24,000 nt of DNA from Halobacteriales archaeon QS_3_64_16 (GCA_003021705.1 PXRJ01000001.1:169165-193164), one strand, 5' to 3'. Counted from the first letter of the stretch, positions 1 to 8,200 are shown. Numbers and translations: made by a program. Notes: generated by a model not told the origin, from the letters alone.

Positions 1-133
1 CCGTGAAGCCCGTTCCAGCGAAGCCCGTTCGAAACCGAACCCGAAGAGCGAACGGACGTCCGGGTCCGCTTTTGCGATCGGGTACCGATCGTCTATCACG
101 GCACAGCAGGGTTATTTTCACACCTATCCCTGA

Positions 134-141
134 ATTTAAAT
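134..141 (+). promoter_or_regulatory. TATA-like box (ATTTAAAT) for the ABC operon
   Basis: AT-rich octamer in GC-rich DNA, centred about 30 nt upstream of ATG 167. This spacing fits a haloarchaeal leaderless promoter. Confidence 0.4.
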
Positions 142-166
142 CCGATACAGTAGCCTACTTTCGGCT

Positions 167-1210
167 ATGATATCAGTCCAGGGGCTGTCGAAGCGCTACG
201 GCGATTTCAGTGCCGTCGTCGGGAGCGACTTCGAGGTCGCGAGCGGGGAGGTCTTCGGCGTCGTCGGGCCCAACGGGGCCGGGAAGACGACCACGCTGAA
301 GATCCTCTCGGGACTGATCGAACCCTCCGCGGGCACCGCGACGGTCGCCGGATACGACGTCACCGAGCCGGCGATGCGCTCGACGCTTGGCTTCCTGCCC
401 GAGGAATCGCCGCTGTACGAGGACATGACGCCGCTGTCCTATTTACACTTCTTCGCGGATCTCTACGACGTCCCTCGAGAGGTCGCGACCGACCGGATCG
501 ACGCTTCGCTCTCCCGGCTTGAGTTAGAGCACCGCACTCGACGGCTCGGTGACACGTCGAAGGGAATGAAACGGAAGGTCGCTATTGCCCGCTCGCTCAT
601 CAACGATCCCGAAGTGCTGATCTATGACGAACCGGCGAGCGGGCTCGACCCACTGACGACCAACGAGGTGCTGAGGTTCGTCGCCGAACTCGCCGACGAG
701 GGCAAAACGGTGCTGTTCAGCGCGCACAACCTCTATCACGTCGAGGACATCTGCGATCGGGTGATCGTCATGATCGATGGCGAGGTCGTCGCCCGGGGCA
801 CGGTTAGCGAGATCCGCGCGACACACGGCACCACCGAATATCACGTCTACACGACCGTCCCGGTCGAAGAGAAAACCACGGATTCGTCCCGATCGTCCGG
901 GAACCAATTGGACGGCGAGAGCGAGACCGACCCCGAAACGGAAGCCGACGCCGGAGCCGGCACCGCTCTCGACGACGGGACCCCGAATCCCGCTCCACCG
1001 ATGCGAAACGGAGCCGCTGCTACCACGGTCACCGAGGAGGGATCGACCGAACGATACGAGACGGTCGTCCCGGACATGGCGGCGGTCGAAGAACTCCGCG
1101 AGCGGGCGAGCGCGGCCGGTGGGGAGGTCGTCGATATTCGAACCGTGGAACCGAGCTTCGAGGAGATCTTCCTTGATATCGCCAGGCCCTCGGCAGGGGC
1201 CGGCTCGTGA
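167..1210 (+). CDS. ABC transporter ATP-binding protein (ABC-2 type exporter ATPase)
   Basis: Walker A GPNGAGKTT, signature-like SKGMKRK, Walker B LIYDEP and H-loop SAHN. An acidic linker of about 100 aa precedes the conserved C-terminal EPSFEEIFL. The stop overlaps the next gene's GTG (GTGA). Confidence 0.93.
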   Translation: MISVQGLSKRYGDFSAVVGSDFEVASGEVFGVVGPNGAGKTTTLKILSGLIEPSAGTATVAGYDVTEPAMRSTLGFLPEESPLYEDMTPLSYLHFFADLYDVPREVATDRIDASLSRLELEHRTRRLGDTSKGMKRKVAIARSLINDPEVLIYDEPASGLDPLTTNEVLRFVAELADEGKTVLFSAHNLYHVEDICDRVIVMIDGEVVARGTVSEIRATHGTTEYHVYTTVPVEEKTTDSSRSSGNQLDGESETDPETEADAGAGTALDDGTPNPAPPMRNGAAATTVTEEGSTERYETVVPDMAAVEELRERASAAGGEVVDIRTVEPSFEEIFLDIARPSAGAGS

Positions 1211-2898
1211 CAAAGCGCTTGGGGTCGCTCGTGTCCCTAAGACGATTTACAGGGACGCTTCGGATCGCCCGGTGGGAACTTACCCGAAGCGCTGGGGGGC
1301 TCGATCGCCGGACGGCGGCCTTCGGCCTTCTCGTTCTCGCGCTCGCGGGCGGTGCGGTCGCGGCGGGACTCGCCCCGAGTCCGGGCGACGTGGCGCTCGA
1401 TCGTAACGTCTATCGCGTCGGCGTGGGCGCCAACAGTCCCTACTACGAGGTAATCGCCGCGAACGGGGCCCTCGCCGCGAAGCCGCCGAGCGCCGACGCG
1501 CTCGACGCCGGCGAGATAGACGTCTTAGTGCGGGACGATCGGGTCCTGATCGAGGACTCGGCGAAGAGCCGGGCTGCCCTTGCCGCGTTCCGTTCGGCGA
1601 CGGAGTCCTACAACGACCGCCGGATGCGCGCCGAAGAAGACGAAATTGCCGCCTTCCCGGTGGGCGTCTCGCTTACCTACGAGGACCGAACTCTCTCGAG
1701 CGGGGCGAGCGGTAGCGGCGCGTCCGGGAGCGAGAGCAGCGAGGCGGGGCAAGCGGCCGCTGGCAGCGATCGAGCGGCGGGCGCGCCCTTCGAGTCGCTC
1801 GTGCTCGCGTTTGCGTTTCTCGTGCCGATGAACTTCGTCGTCCAGTTGTACGGCAGTTCGATGCTCGGCGAGCGGACCAACCGCCGCGGGGAGTTACTAC
1901 TAGTCGCCCCCGTGAAACCGACCGAGATCGTCGCCGGCAAGACCTTGCCCTATTTCCTCGGTCTGGCGGGTATAGCAGCTGTCATCGCTGCGACCGTTGG
2001 CGGTGGAATCGTCTCGGTCGCAGCAGTCGTCCCGATCGGACTGTGCTTTCTCGCCGCGACGTTCTTAGGGTCGATGCTCGCCCGGTCGTTCAAGGAACTC
2101 ACCTTCGTTACCATCGCCGCGAGCGTCTTCCTGATGAGTTACGTCTTCGTTCCTGCGGTATTCACGAACGTCACGCCGATCGCGCTCATCTCGCCGCTGA
2201 CGCTCGTCGTGCGCGATCTCGCGAGCGAGTCGGTCTCGCTGGGCGAGTACGCTTTCTCGACCGGGCCCTTCTACCTCTCGGGGCTCGTGTTGTTCGTCCT
2301 TGGAACCGGCATCTATCGCGAGGAAGACCTCTTTACCCAGCGCGCCGTTCCCCTGAAGTTCCTCGACGCGCTTGGTGCCCGACTCCGCAGGTATCGATCG
2401 GTCGCACTGCTCAGTACACTGTTCATTCCCTTTGTCTTCATCGCCGAGTTGCTCGGTATCGCGGTGCTATTTGCACTCCCGATCGGCTACTCGCTGCCGG
2501 TTCTGTTCCTCGTGATCGCGACCGTCGAGGAACTCGGAAAAAGCGTCCACATCTACGCGGGGTACGCCCAGAACCGGTTCGAGACCGGCTGGCGGACGGC
2601 GCTGTTATTGGGTGCGCTCTCGGGCGTCGGATTCTTTCTCGGCGAGAAACTCACGCTGCTCGCCCAGGCGGTTGGCCTTCCCGAACTCGCGCTCGGGCGG
2701 GCCGCGTTCGTCCCGAGCGGTGCCGGTGGCATCGAACTCCTCGCGCTTGCACTCGCCCCGCTTGCACTGCACTGTGTGACGGCCTCGATCTCCGCGTTCG
2801 GAGCGCACCGGTCGAAACGGGGGTATCTGATCGGACTCCTCGGCGCGATCGGTGTTCACGCCGCTTACAATCTCACGGTGGTGAGCGCCCTTGTCTGA
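1207..2898 (+). CDS. ABC-2 family permease fused to a C-terminal PrsW/CPBP-like intramembrane protease-like module
   Basis: GTG start overlaps the upstream stop. N-terminal TM helix, then a large loop with a Ser/Gly-rich stretch, then a multi-TM ABC-2-type core (aa ~195-370). An extra five-helix module (aa ~395-563) carries the ordered motifs EELGK, GFFLGEK, LALHC and VHAAYN. Confidence 0.8.
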   Translation: MTKRLGSLVSLRRFTGTLRIARWELTRSAGGLDRRTAAFGLLVLALAGGAVAAGLAPSPGDVALDRNVYRVGVGANSPYYEVIAANGALAAKPPSADALDAGEIDVLVRDDRVLIEDSAKSRAALAAFRSATESYNDRRMRAEEDEIAAFPVGVSLTYEDRTLSSGASGSGASGSESSEAGQAAAGSDRAAGAPFESLVLAFAFLVPMNFVVQLYGSSMLGERTNRRGELLLVAPVKPTEIVAGKTLPYFLGLAGIAAVIAATVGGGIVSVAAVVPIGLCFLAATFLGSMLARSFKELTFVTIAASVFLMSYVFVPAVFTNVTPIALISPLTLVVRDLASESVSLGEYAFSTGPFYLSGLVLFVLGTGIYREEDLFTQRAVPLKFLDALGARLRRYRSVALLSTLFIPFVFIAELLGIAVLFALPIGYSLPVLFLVIATVEELGKSVHIYAGYAQNRFETGWRTALLLGALSGVGFFLGEKLTLLAQAVGLPELALGRAAFVPSGAGGIELLALALAPLALHCVTASISAFGAHRSKRGYLIGLLGAIGVHAAYNLTVVSALV

Positions 2899-3943
2899 CT
2901 CGCGCCTCACGATCGCTAAACGCGAGCTGAGCGGCCTGCGAAAGGAAAAGACCATTCTACTGGCGCTCGCCATCCAGCTGTTCATCGCGGCCTTTTCCTC
3001 GTTTCTCGTCGTCGGGCTCGTCTCGTTGTACGATCCGGGGTCGGTCGAGGGCTACTCGATCGACGTCGCGGTCGCCGGCGAGTCGGCCGACGACTTACTC
3101 GCTGTCGCCTCCCGACAGGACGGGCTCGAGCCCACGCGCTACAGCAATCCGGCTACCGCCTACCGATCCTTCCAGAGCGGGGCGAGCGACGCCGTACTGA
3201 TCGCCAATCGCCGGCCGAGCGGTCGGGTTAGCGTCCAGGCGACGGTTCCCGACGGGAACGTCCAGACGACGATCGTCGTCGTCCGGCTCAGAGAGACGCT
3301 CCGGGCCTACGAGCGGGCCGAGCGCGGGCAACTGGCCGACCGATTGGAATCGATGCCGCTAGAATTGCCTCCCGAGGAGCGCTCGAATCCCTACTACGAC
3401 TTCACCTATACCGTCCTCGTGCCGTTATTGCTATTCCTCCCGGTGTTCATCAGCGGGTCCATTACCGTGGATTCGATCACCGAGGAACTCGATCAGGGGA
3501 CGATGGAACTCCTCCGGGTTACCCCGATCACCTTCGGCCGGATCCTCGATGGAAAGCTCCTCGCAGCGGCGTTGCTCGCGCCCGTCCAGGCGCTGTTGTG
3601 GCTCGGGTTACTCTCGCTCAACGGGACGCAGGTCGCAGACGTCCCAGCACTGCTCGCGCTCGTCGGGGCCTTCTCACTGCTGTTGACCGCGATCGGCGTG
3701 GCCGTCTCGCTGCTCGCACCCGATCGCCGCGTCGCCCAGCCGGTCTACTCGGTGTGTGCGCTCGCGCTCATCGGCGGGACGGCGACGCTCCCGAACGGGC
3801 CGGTGAACACGGTCGCCCGGCTCGCGATCGACAGCGGCGGACCGGAGACGACCGCCACCGTCGCGGGCTATGGACTGTTCGCAATCGGCGTCTACGCGGC
3901 GACGCGGTGGCTGATCGACCGTACCGATCCAGCCGCGCTGTAA
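2891..3943 (+). CDS. ABC-2 family permease (second membrane subunit)
   Basis: TM1, a large extracytoplasmic loop and a C-terminal multi-TM core. TTG 2891 is the only in-frame start upstream of the conserved N-terminus TIAKRELSGLRKEK. It overlaps the upstream gene by 8 nt, so the start codon is less certain than the gene. Confidence 0.8.
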   Translation: MSDSRLTIAKRELSGLRKEKTILLALAIQLFIAAFSSFLVVGLVSLYDPGSVEGYSIDVAVAGESADDLLAVASRQDGLEPTRYSNPATAYRSFQSGASDAVLIANRRPSGRVSVQATVPDGNVQTTIVVVRLRETLRAYERAERGQLADRLESMPLELPPEERSNPYYDFTYTVLVPLLLFLPVFISGSITVDSITEELDQGTMELLRVTPITFGRILDGKLLAAALLAPVQALLWLGLLSLNGTQVADVPALLALVGAFSLLLTAIGVAVSLLAPDRRVAQPVYSVCALALIGGTATLPNGPVNTVARLAIDSGGPETTATVAGYGLFAIGVYAATRWLIDRTDPAAL

Positions 3944-3996
3944 GCCCCTCGCCCACGCCTGTCGGGTTGCCGCTCCTCACGCCCGTCTCGGGGGTG

Positions 3997-4003
3997 TTTT
4001 TGT
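3997..4003 (+). promoter_or_regulatory. T-rich box (TTTTTGT): likely aldo/keto reductase promoter and/or T-stretch terminator of the ABC operon
   Basis: T5 run 54 nt after the ABC operon stop; haloarchaeal terminators are typically T-stretches. It is also centred 27 nt upstream of ATG 4027. Confidence 0.35.
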
Positions 4004-4026
4004 AGGTCGGCGTCGAGAGACCTGCT

Positions 4027-5001
4027 ATGGAGTACACGACGCTCGGCGACACCGGCATGGAAGTAAGTGAGATCTGTCTGGGCTGTATGAGCTTCGGCTC
4101 GAGCGACTGGCGCGAGTGGGTACTCGACGAAGAGGAGAGCCACGAGATTATCGACCGGGCCATCGAGCTGGGGATCAACTTCTTCGACACGGCGAACATG
4201 TACTCGATGGGCGAGTCCGAACACGTACTCGGCAACGCCTTGGAGGGCCGGCGCGAACAGCAGGTAGTCGCGACGAAGGGCTACTTCCAAATGGACGAGG
4301 ACGATCCGAACTCCGGGGGACTCTCCCGGAAGGCGATCGAGCAGGAACTGGACAATAGCCTCGATCGACTCGGCATGGACACCGTCGACTTGTATCAGAT
4401 CCACCGTCGGGACCCGAAGACCCCCATCGAAACCACGCTCGGCGCGCTCGACGATGCCGTCAGACGGGGCAAGACCCGGTACGTCGGCGCGAGTTCGATG
4501 TGGGCCCACCAGTTCGCCGAGGACCTGCACACGAGCGACGCGCTGGGACTCGAGCGCTTCGTGACGATGCAGAACCACTACAATCTCGTCTACCGCGAGG
4601 AGGAACGCGAGACCCTCCCGCTCTGTGCGAAGGAGAACGTCGGCGTGATCCCCTGGAGCCCGCTCGCGAGGGGCTATCTCACCCGGCCCCACGCGGAGAT
4701 CGACGCCACGACGCGGGGCGCGAGCGAAGATCGCCTCTACGAACACCCTTACCGGGAGGGTGGCGGCCCGGCGGTGAACGAACGCGTCGAGGAACTGGCG
4801 AACGAGAAGGACGTCTCGATGGCCCAGATCGCCCTCTCGTGGCTCCTGCACAAAGATTGGGTCGACGCGCCGATCGTCGGCACGACGAGTATCGAGCACC
4901 TAGAGGACGCCGTCGAAGCGCTCGACATCTCGCTGTCCGAAAGCGACATTGCGTTCCTCGAAGAGCCCTACGAACCGGTTCGAGTATCGGGCCACGACTG
5001 A
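4027..5001 (+). CDS. Aldo/keto reductase family oxidoreductase
   Basis: Typical AKR layout: LGCMSFG, GINFFDTANMYS (catalytic Asp/Tyr region), VVATKG (Lys), DLYQIHRRD (His) and C-terminal IVGTTSIEHLEDAV. Confidence 0.93.
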   Translation: MEYTTLGDTGMEVSEICLGCMSFGSSDWREWVLDEEESHEIIDRAIELGINFFDTANMYSMGESEHVLGNALEGRREQQVVATKGYFQMDEDDPNSGGLSRKAIEQELDNSLDRLGMDTVDLYQIHRRDPKTPIETTLGALDDAVRRGKTRYVGASSMWAHQFAEDLHTSDALGLERFVTMQNHYNLVYREEERETLPLCAKENVGVIPWSPLARGYLTRPHAEIDATTRGASEDRLYEHPYREGGGPAVNERVEELANEKDVSMAQIALSWLLHKDWVDAPIVGTTSIEHLEDAVEALDISLSESDIAFLEEPYEPVRVSGHD

Positions 5002-5089
5002 CGTATCGACTCACTTTCGAGAACCGGATGCGGCATCGGTGTCGGCCGCGATGCGCCCGGTAGTCAGCCATTCGATCCCGTCGATCCCG

Positions 5090-6076
5090 TCAGCCGCTAC
5101 TCCCCTCGCCGTTGGTCTCGGGCGCGTTCGATCTCGATCCGTTCGCGGCGGTTGTCGACGACGAGTTCTCCCCAGTCGTGGGTTCGGCGTCCTCACCGGC
5201 TTTCCACTCGCCTAGTCCTTTCGGATCGACGTGGACGAACACGTCGTCGACTGCCGATACCGCCTGGATCGATTCCATTACGTCGGTCTCGATGGCGTGG
5301 GCTTCCTCGACCGTTCGGTCGCCTTCGATCTCGACGTGGAGGCTGACGTCTACCTCCGGGCCGACGTAGTGGGCGATCACGTCGTGAACCCCCTCGACGT
5401 CGGGGTGGACGCGCGCTCGCTCGACGATCGTCTCCCGGAGCGCTTCCGGCGGGGCGCGCCCGATCAAGTAGTTCACGTTATCCCGGGCAATCCCAACGCC
5501 GGTGTGCAAAATAGCAAGCGAGACGACCCCTGCCGCGAGCGGGTCGAGGATCGGGAATCCGATCTGGGCGCCCGCGACGCCGAGAAAAGCCGCGCCCGCG
5601 GTGAGTACGTCGATGTAGCTGTCGAGTGCCGTCGCGATAAGCGCCGGGGACTCGTGTACCTCCCCCGCGTCGAGACAGTACCGATAGAGCAGGTATTTGA
5701 CTGCGGCAGTTCCGCCGAGGACGGCCAGTGCGATCGGTCCCTGAGCGACGTTTATTTCCTCGAAGAGGATCGCCGCCGCCGACCGCCAGAGCAGGAACGC
5801 GCCGACCGCGAGGACGGCGACGGCGATTGCCAGCGAGACGAATGGCTCGATGCGCTCGTGGCCGTGTGGGTGATCGAAATCCGGAGGCTGGGTCGTGAGA
5901 TAGAGCCCGCCGACGACCGCGGCGCTGTAGGCGGTGTCGAGAAGGCTATTGGCGGCTTCGGAGCCGACGGCCAGACTCCCCGTCTCGAGCCAGACGGCTC
6001 CCTTGGCTACGGCGAGAGCGGCGTTCGCCCCGAGGACGACCAAGCCGACGCGTCGGAGGGTCCCGGAGCGGTCCAT
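5090..6076 (-). CDS. Cation diffusion facilitator (CDF) family metal efflux transporter
   Basis: Six-TM N-terminal half with FDHPHGHERIEP, plus a C-terminal cytoplasmic domain (VHDVIAHYVGPEVDVSLHVEIEGD). Start moved to ATG 6076 (MDRSGTLRRVG...). The longer ORF-track N-terminus is Arg/His-rich and overlaps the HIT gene. Confidence 0.88.
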   Translation of the reverse strand: MDRSGTLRRVGLVVLGANAALAVAKGAVWLETGSLAVGSEAANSLLDTAYSAAVVGGLYLTTQPPDFDHPHGHERIEPFVSLAIAVAVLAVGAFLLWRSAAAILFEEINVAQGPIALAVLGGTAAVKYLLYRYCLDAGEVHESPALIATALDSYIDVLTAGAAFLGVAGAQIGFPILDPLAAGVVSLAILHTGVGIARDNVNYLIGRAPPEALRETIVERARVHPDVEGVHDVIAHYVGPEVDVSLHVEIEGDRTVEEAHAIETDVMESIQAVSAVDDVFVHVDPKGLGEWKAGEDAEPTTGENSSSTTAANGSRSNAPETNGEGSSG

Positions 6077-6135
6077 ACGAGCGATTCGGGCGGCCCGAGC
6101 AAAACCGCTTCGGCGGGCGTGAGAAGAGGGGGGAC

Positions 6136-6687
6136 TCAGGGCCCGATCCGAACTGCGTGCTCGGCGTCGGTGTCCTGTTCCGGTGCTCGTGTGCCTTCTT
6201 GGGCTGCAAAGGCCTCGTGTAAGCGGTCGTAGGAATCCTCGAGCGCTTCGACGATGACCTGCGTGTCGCCGATGACGGCCATGAAGTTCGTATCGCCCTC
6301 CCATCGGGGAACGGCGTGGGCGTGCAAGTGTTCGATCGATCCCCCGGCCCCCGCCCCGAGATTGTAGCCCATGTTCACGCCGTCCGGGTCGAAGGCAGCC
6401 TCGATCGCGCGCAGCGTCCGTTGTTTGAGCAGGGCGTGACCGAGCAGTTCCTCTTCGGCAAGTGCGGTGTACTCGTTGGTGTGGCGGTGGGGAATTACCA
6501 TCGCGTGACCCGGGCTGTACGGGTAATTATTCAAAAGGACGAACCCGTGTTCGCTGCGGGCGACGACCCGGTTCTCGTAGTCCTCCTCGCTCGTGGCGAA
6601 CGCACAGAAGACACACTCCTCGCGTTCGGCTGGCGATTCCGATCGCTCGACCCACTCGATCCGCCAGGGAGCGAAGACCTGTTCCAT
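6136..6687 (-). CDS. HIT family protein (nucleotide hydrolase/transferase; Ap4A-phosphorylase/GalT-like branch)
   Basis: Histidine triad HLHAHAVPRW, upstream LLNNYPYSPGH, and an N-terminal Cys pair CVFC. Confidence 0.88.
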   Translation of the reverse strand: MEQVFAPWRIEWVERSESPAEREECVFCAFATSEEDYENRVVARSEHGFVLLNNYPYSPGHAMVIPHRHTNEYTALAEEELLGHALLKQRTLRAIEAAFDPDGVNMGYNLGAGAGGSIEHLHAHAVPRWEGDTNFMAVIGDTQVIVEALEDSYDRLHEAFAAQEGTRAPEQDTDAEHAVRIGP

Positions 6688-6709
6688 GCAAGGGGTTTCG
6701 TCCGGCGGC

Positions 6710-6718
6710 TTATAAATT
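6710..6718 (-). promoter_or_regulatory. TATA box (minus-strand AATTTATAA) for the HIT gene
   Basis: Strong AT-rich box centred 27 nt upstream of ATG 6687 on the minus strand. Confidence 0.5.
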
Positions 6719-6732
6719 AGGCAAGGGTAAAA

Positions 6733-6752
6733 CCCACGGCTTTAGCCGTGGG
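6733..6752 (+). repeat. Left-end subterminal hairpin of the IS element
   Basis: Perfect 7-bp stem CCCACGG/CCGTGGG with a CTTTAG loop, 128 nt upstream of the tnpB ATG. Confidence 0.7.
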
Positions 6753-6879
6753 AACGCGCTGACGTGGTACTACATAACCGGCGTCGATGAACGACGACCG
6801 GCTGGATATTCTACGACTCCGCCGGATCGATAGGTTACTGTATTCGGTCTTCATAACTGGTTGTGAGGCCAAGATTCAG

Positions 6880-8151
6880 ATGCGCGTCGTCCGAACGTTC
6901 GAGGCCACGATCGCAAACCCGCGACAGGTGAGCGACGGCCTCGATCAAATCGGACACGCGGCGTCGAAGCTCTGGAACGTCGGTCGCTACTACGCTGGAG
7001 AACAGTGGGACGAAACGGGCGAGATCCCCGACGACGGGGAACTCAAATCCGAACTCAAAGGCCACGAACGCTACACGGACCTTCATTCACAACCCAGTCA
7101 GCGCGTTCTCGAAGAACTCGCTGAAGCGTTCAACGGCTGGTTTGGCAAGCGTCGGAACGGCGACGACCGTGCCCGACCACCCGGCTACCGCAAACGCGGT
7201 GACGCCCACCCCCGTTCTAGTGTGTCGTTCAAAGCAGCGGGCTTCAAGCACGACGCACAGTTTCAGCGCGTTCGCCTCTCGAAAGGCCGGAACCTCAAGG
7301 AACACCGCTCCGACTTCGTACTCTGTGAGTTCGAGCTTCGGCCCGACGTAGACCTCTCGGAGTGGTCGGTCCAGCAGGTTCAAGCGGTCTACAAGTACAG
7401 CGAGTGGCGACTACACTTCGTCTGCCGGGATACGATCGACCCCGAACCATCGGGCGACGACACTGCCGGGATCGACCTCGGCATCTGTAACGTCGTTTCC
7501 CTGTCGTTCGGTGGCGAGTCGATCCTCTTTCCCGGCAACGTTCTCAAAGAGGACGAATACTATTTCTCGAAGGAGAAAGCGAAGTGCGACGACGCCCGAT
7601 CCCGCAAGCGGTTGCGGATCGACCAGAAGCGTACCGAGCGCCGTAAACACTTCTTGCACACGCTTACGAAGCACATCGTCGCCGAGTGTTCCGAGCGCGG
7701 CGTCGGGACGATTGCCGTTGGCGACCTCGGCGGTATCCGCGATGACGAGAACAGCGACTCTCGCAACTGGGGGAAGTATGGGAACTTAGACCTGCACGGG
7801 TGGGCGTTCGATCGGTTCGTGCAGATGCTCACCTACAAGGCCGAAGCCGAAGGTATCGACGTAGAACCCGTTTCGGAGCGCGATACGTCCAAGACCTGTA
7901 GCGCGTGCGGTCATGCTGACGACAACCAGCGTGTCGAGCGTGGTCTGTACGTCTGTGGGAAGTGCGATATGGCGGCGAACGCCGATGTGAACGGCGCTGA
8001 GAACATTCGGATGAAAGTAACTCCGAGTCCATTACAGGATAGGAGTACCGGCTGGTTGGCACAGCCTGTAGTTCGTCTCTTCGACCGAACGGCTGGCCTG
8101 TTTCGCCACTGTTCTGAGGCGGCTACGAACCGTAATATCCCAACGCGGTAG
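6880..8151 (+). CDS. tnpB: TnpB (IS605 OrfB family) RNA-guided endonuclease
   Basis: RuvC-I GIDLGI, zinc finger CSACG...CGKC, and RuvC-III ANADVNGAENI. Start set to ATG 6880 (MRVVRTFEATI...), the usual TnpB N-terminus. The 31 codons upstream in the ORF track look non-coding. Confidence 0.92.
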   Translation: MRVVRTFEATIANPRQVSDGLDQIGHAASKLWNVGRYYAGEQWDETGEIPDDGELKSELKGHERYTDLHSQPSQRVLEELAEAFNGWFGKRRNGDDRARPPGYRKRGDAHPRSSVSFKAAGFKHDAQFQRVRLSKGRNLKEHRSDFVLCEFELRPDVDLSEWSVQQVQAVYKYSEWRLHFVCRDTIDPEPSGDDTAGIDLGICNVVSLSFGGESILFPGNVLKEDEYYFSKEKAKCDDARSRKRLRIDQKRTERRKHFLHTLTKHIVAECSERGVGTIAVGDLGGIRDDENSDSRNWGKYGNLDLHGWAFDRFVQMLTYKAEAEGIDVEPVSERDTSKTCSACGHADDNQRVERGLYVCGKCDMAANADVNGAENIRMKVTPSPLQDRSTGWLAQPVVRLFDRTAGLFRHCSEAATNRNIPTR

Positions 8152-8200
8152 GGAATCCCCACATCTTTAGACGTGGGAAGGATGTCAAGCCTCTCCCGTT
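7990..8200 (+). ncRNA. Predicted TnpB guide RNA (omega/reRNA) covering the tnpB 3' end, the right-end hairpin and a short flanking guide. Extent is approximate.
   Basis: Inferred from the known TnpB architecture, where the scaffold overlaps the ORF 3' end and right end and the guide is the adjacent flank. Only the right-end hairpin is seen directly. Confidence 0.3.
8158..8177 (+). repeat. Right-end subterminal hairpin of the IS element
   Basis: CCCACAT-CTTTAG-ACGTGGG, with one mismatch in the stem. It has the same loop and trailing GGGAA as the left-end hairpin and starts 7 nt after the tnpB stop. Confidence 0.7.

Larger units (their letters stand above)
6725..8185 (+). mobile_element. IS200/IS605-family element, IS1341-type (tnpB only, no tnpA). 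Boundaries are approximate.
   Basis: A single TnpB ORF is flanked by two similar subterminal hairpins, CCCACGG-CTTTAG-CCGTGGGAA on the left and CCCACAT-CTTTAG-ACGTGGGAA on the right. No Y1 transposase ORF is present. Confidence 0.8.

Noticed and set aside
20-40. Shared GAAG-(C)CGTTCGAAAC word between the window start (20-35) and the hairpin region (19509-19523) as evidence for a dispersed repeat family
   Set aside because: The exact match is only 10 nt. Matches of that length between a 480-bp region and a 24-kb window are expected by chance, so it cannot be judged without a genome-wide search.
524-1213. 229-aa minus-strand ORF antisense to the ABC ATPase gene, plus the similar overlapping ORFs 777..1406, 804..998 and 847..1077
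   Set aside because: Arg/Gly/Pro-rich shadow frames, typical of GC-rich DNA. They lie fully inside a gene with clear Walker motifs and have no recognisable domains.
3892-4899. 335-aa minus-strand ORF opposite the aldo/keto reductase gene
   Set aside because: Basic, Arg-rich composition unlike the acidic haloarchaeal proteome. The plus-strand AKR assignment is unambiguous.
5231-6232. 333-aa plus-strand ORF opposite the CDF transporter
   Set aside because: Antisense shadow ORF, Arg/Asp-rich with no motifs. The minus strand encodes a clear CDF protein.
6077-6304. 76-codon N-terminal extension of the CDF ORF
   Set aside because: The extension is Arg/His/Ser-rich and overlaps the 3' end of the HIT gene. 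The conserved CDF sequence begins right after the internal ATG at 6076.
6787-6879. 31-codon N-terminal extension of tnpB
   Set aside because: The TnpB family N-terminus matches MRVVRTFEATI at ATG 6880. The upstream part lies in the IS left-end region.
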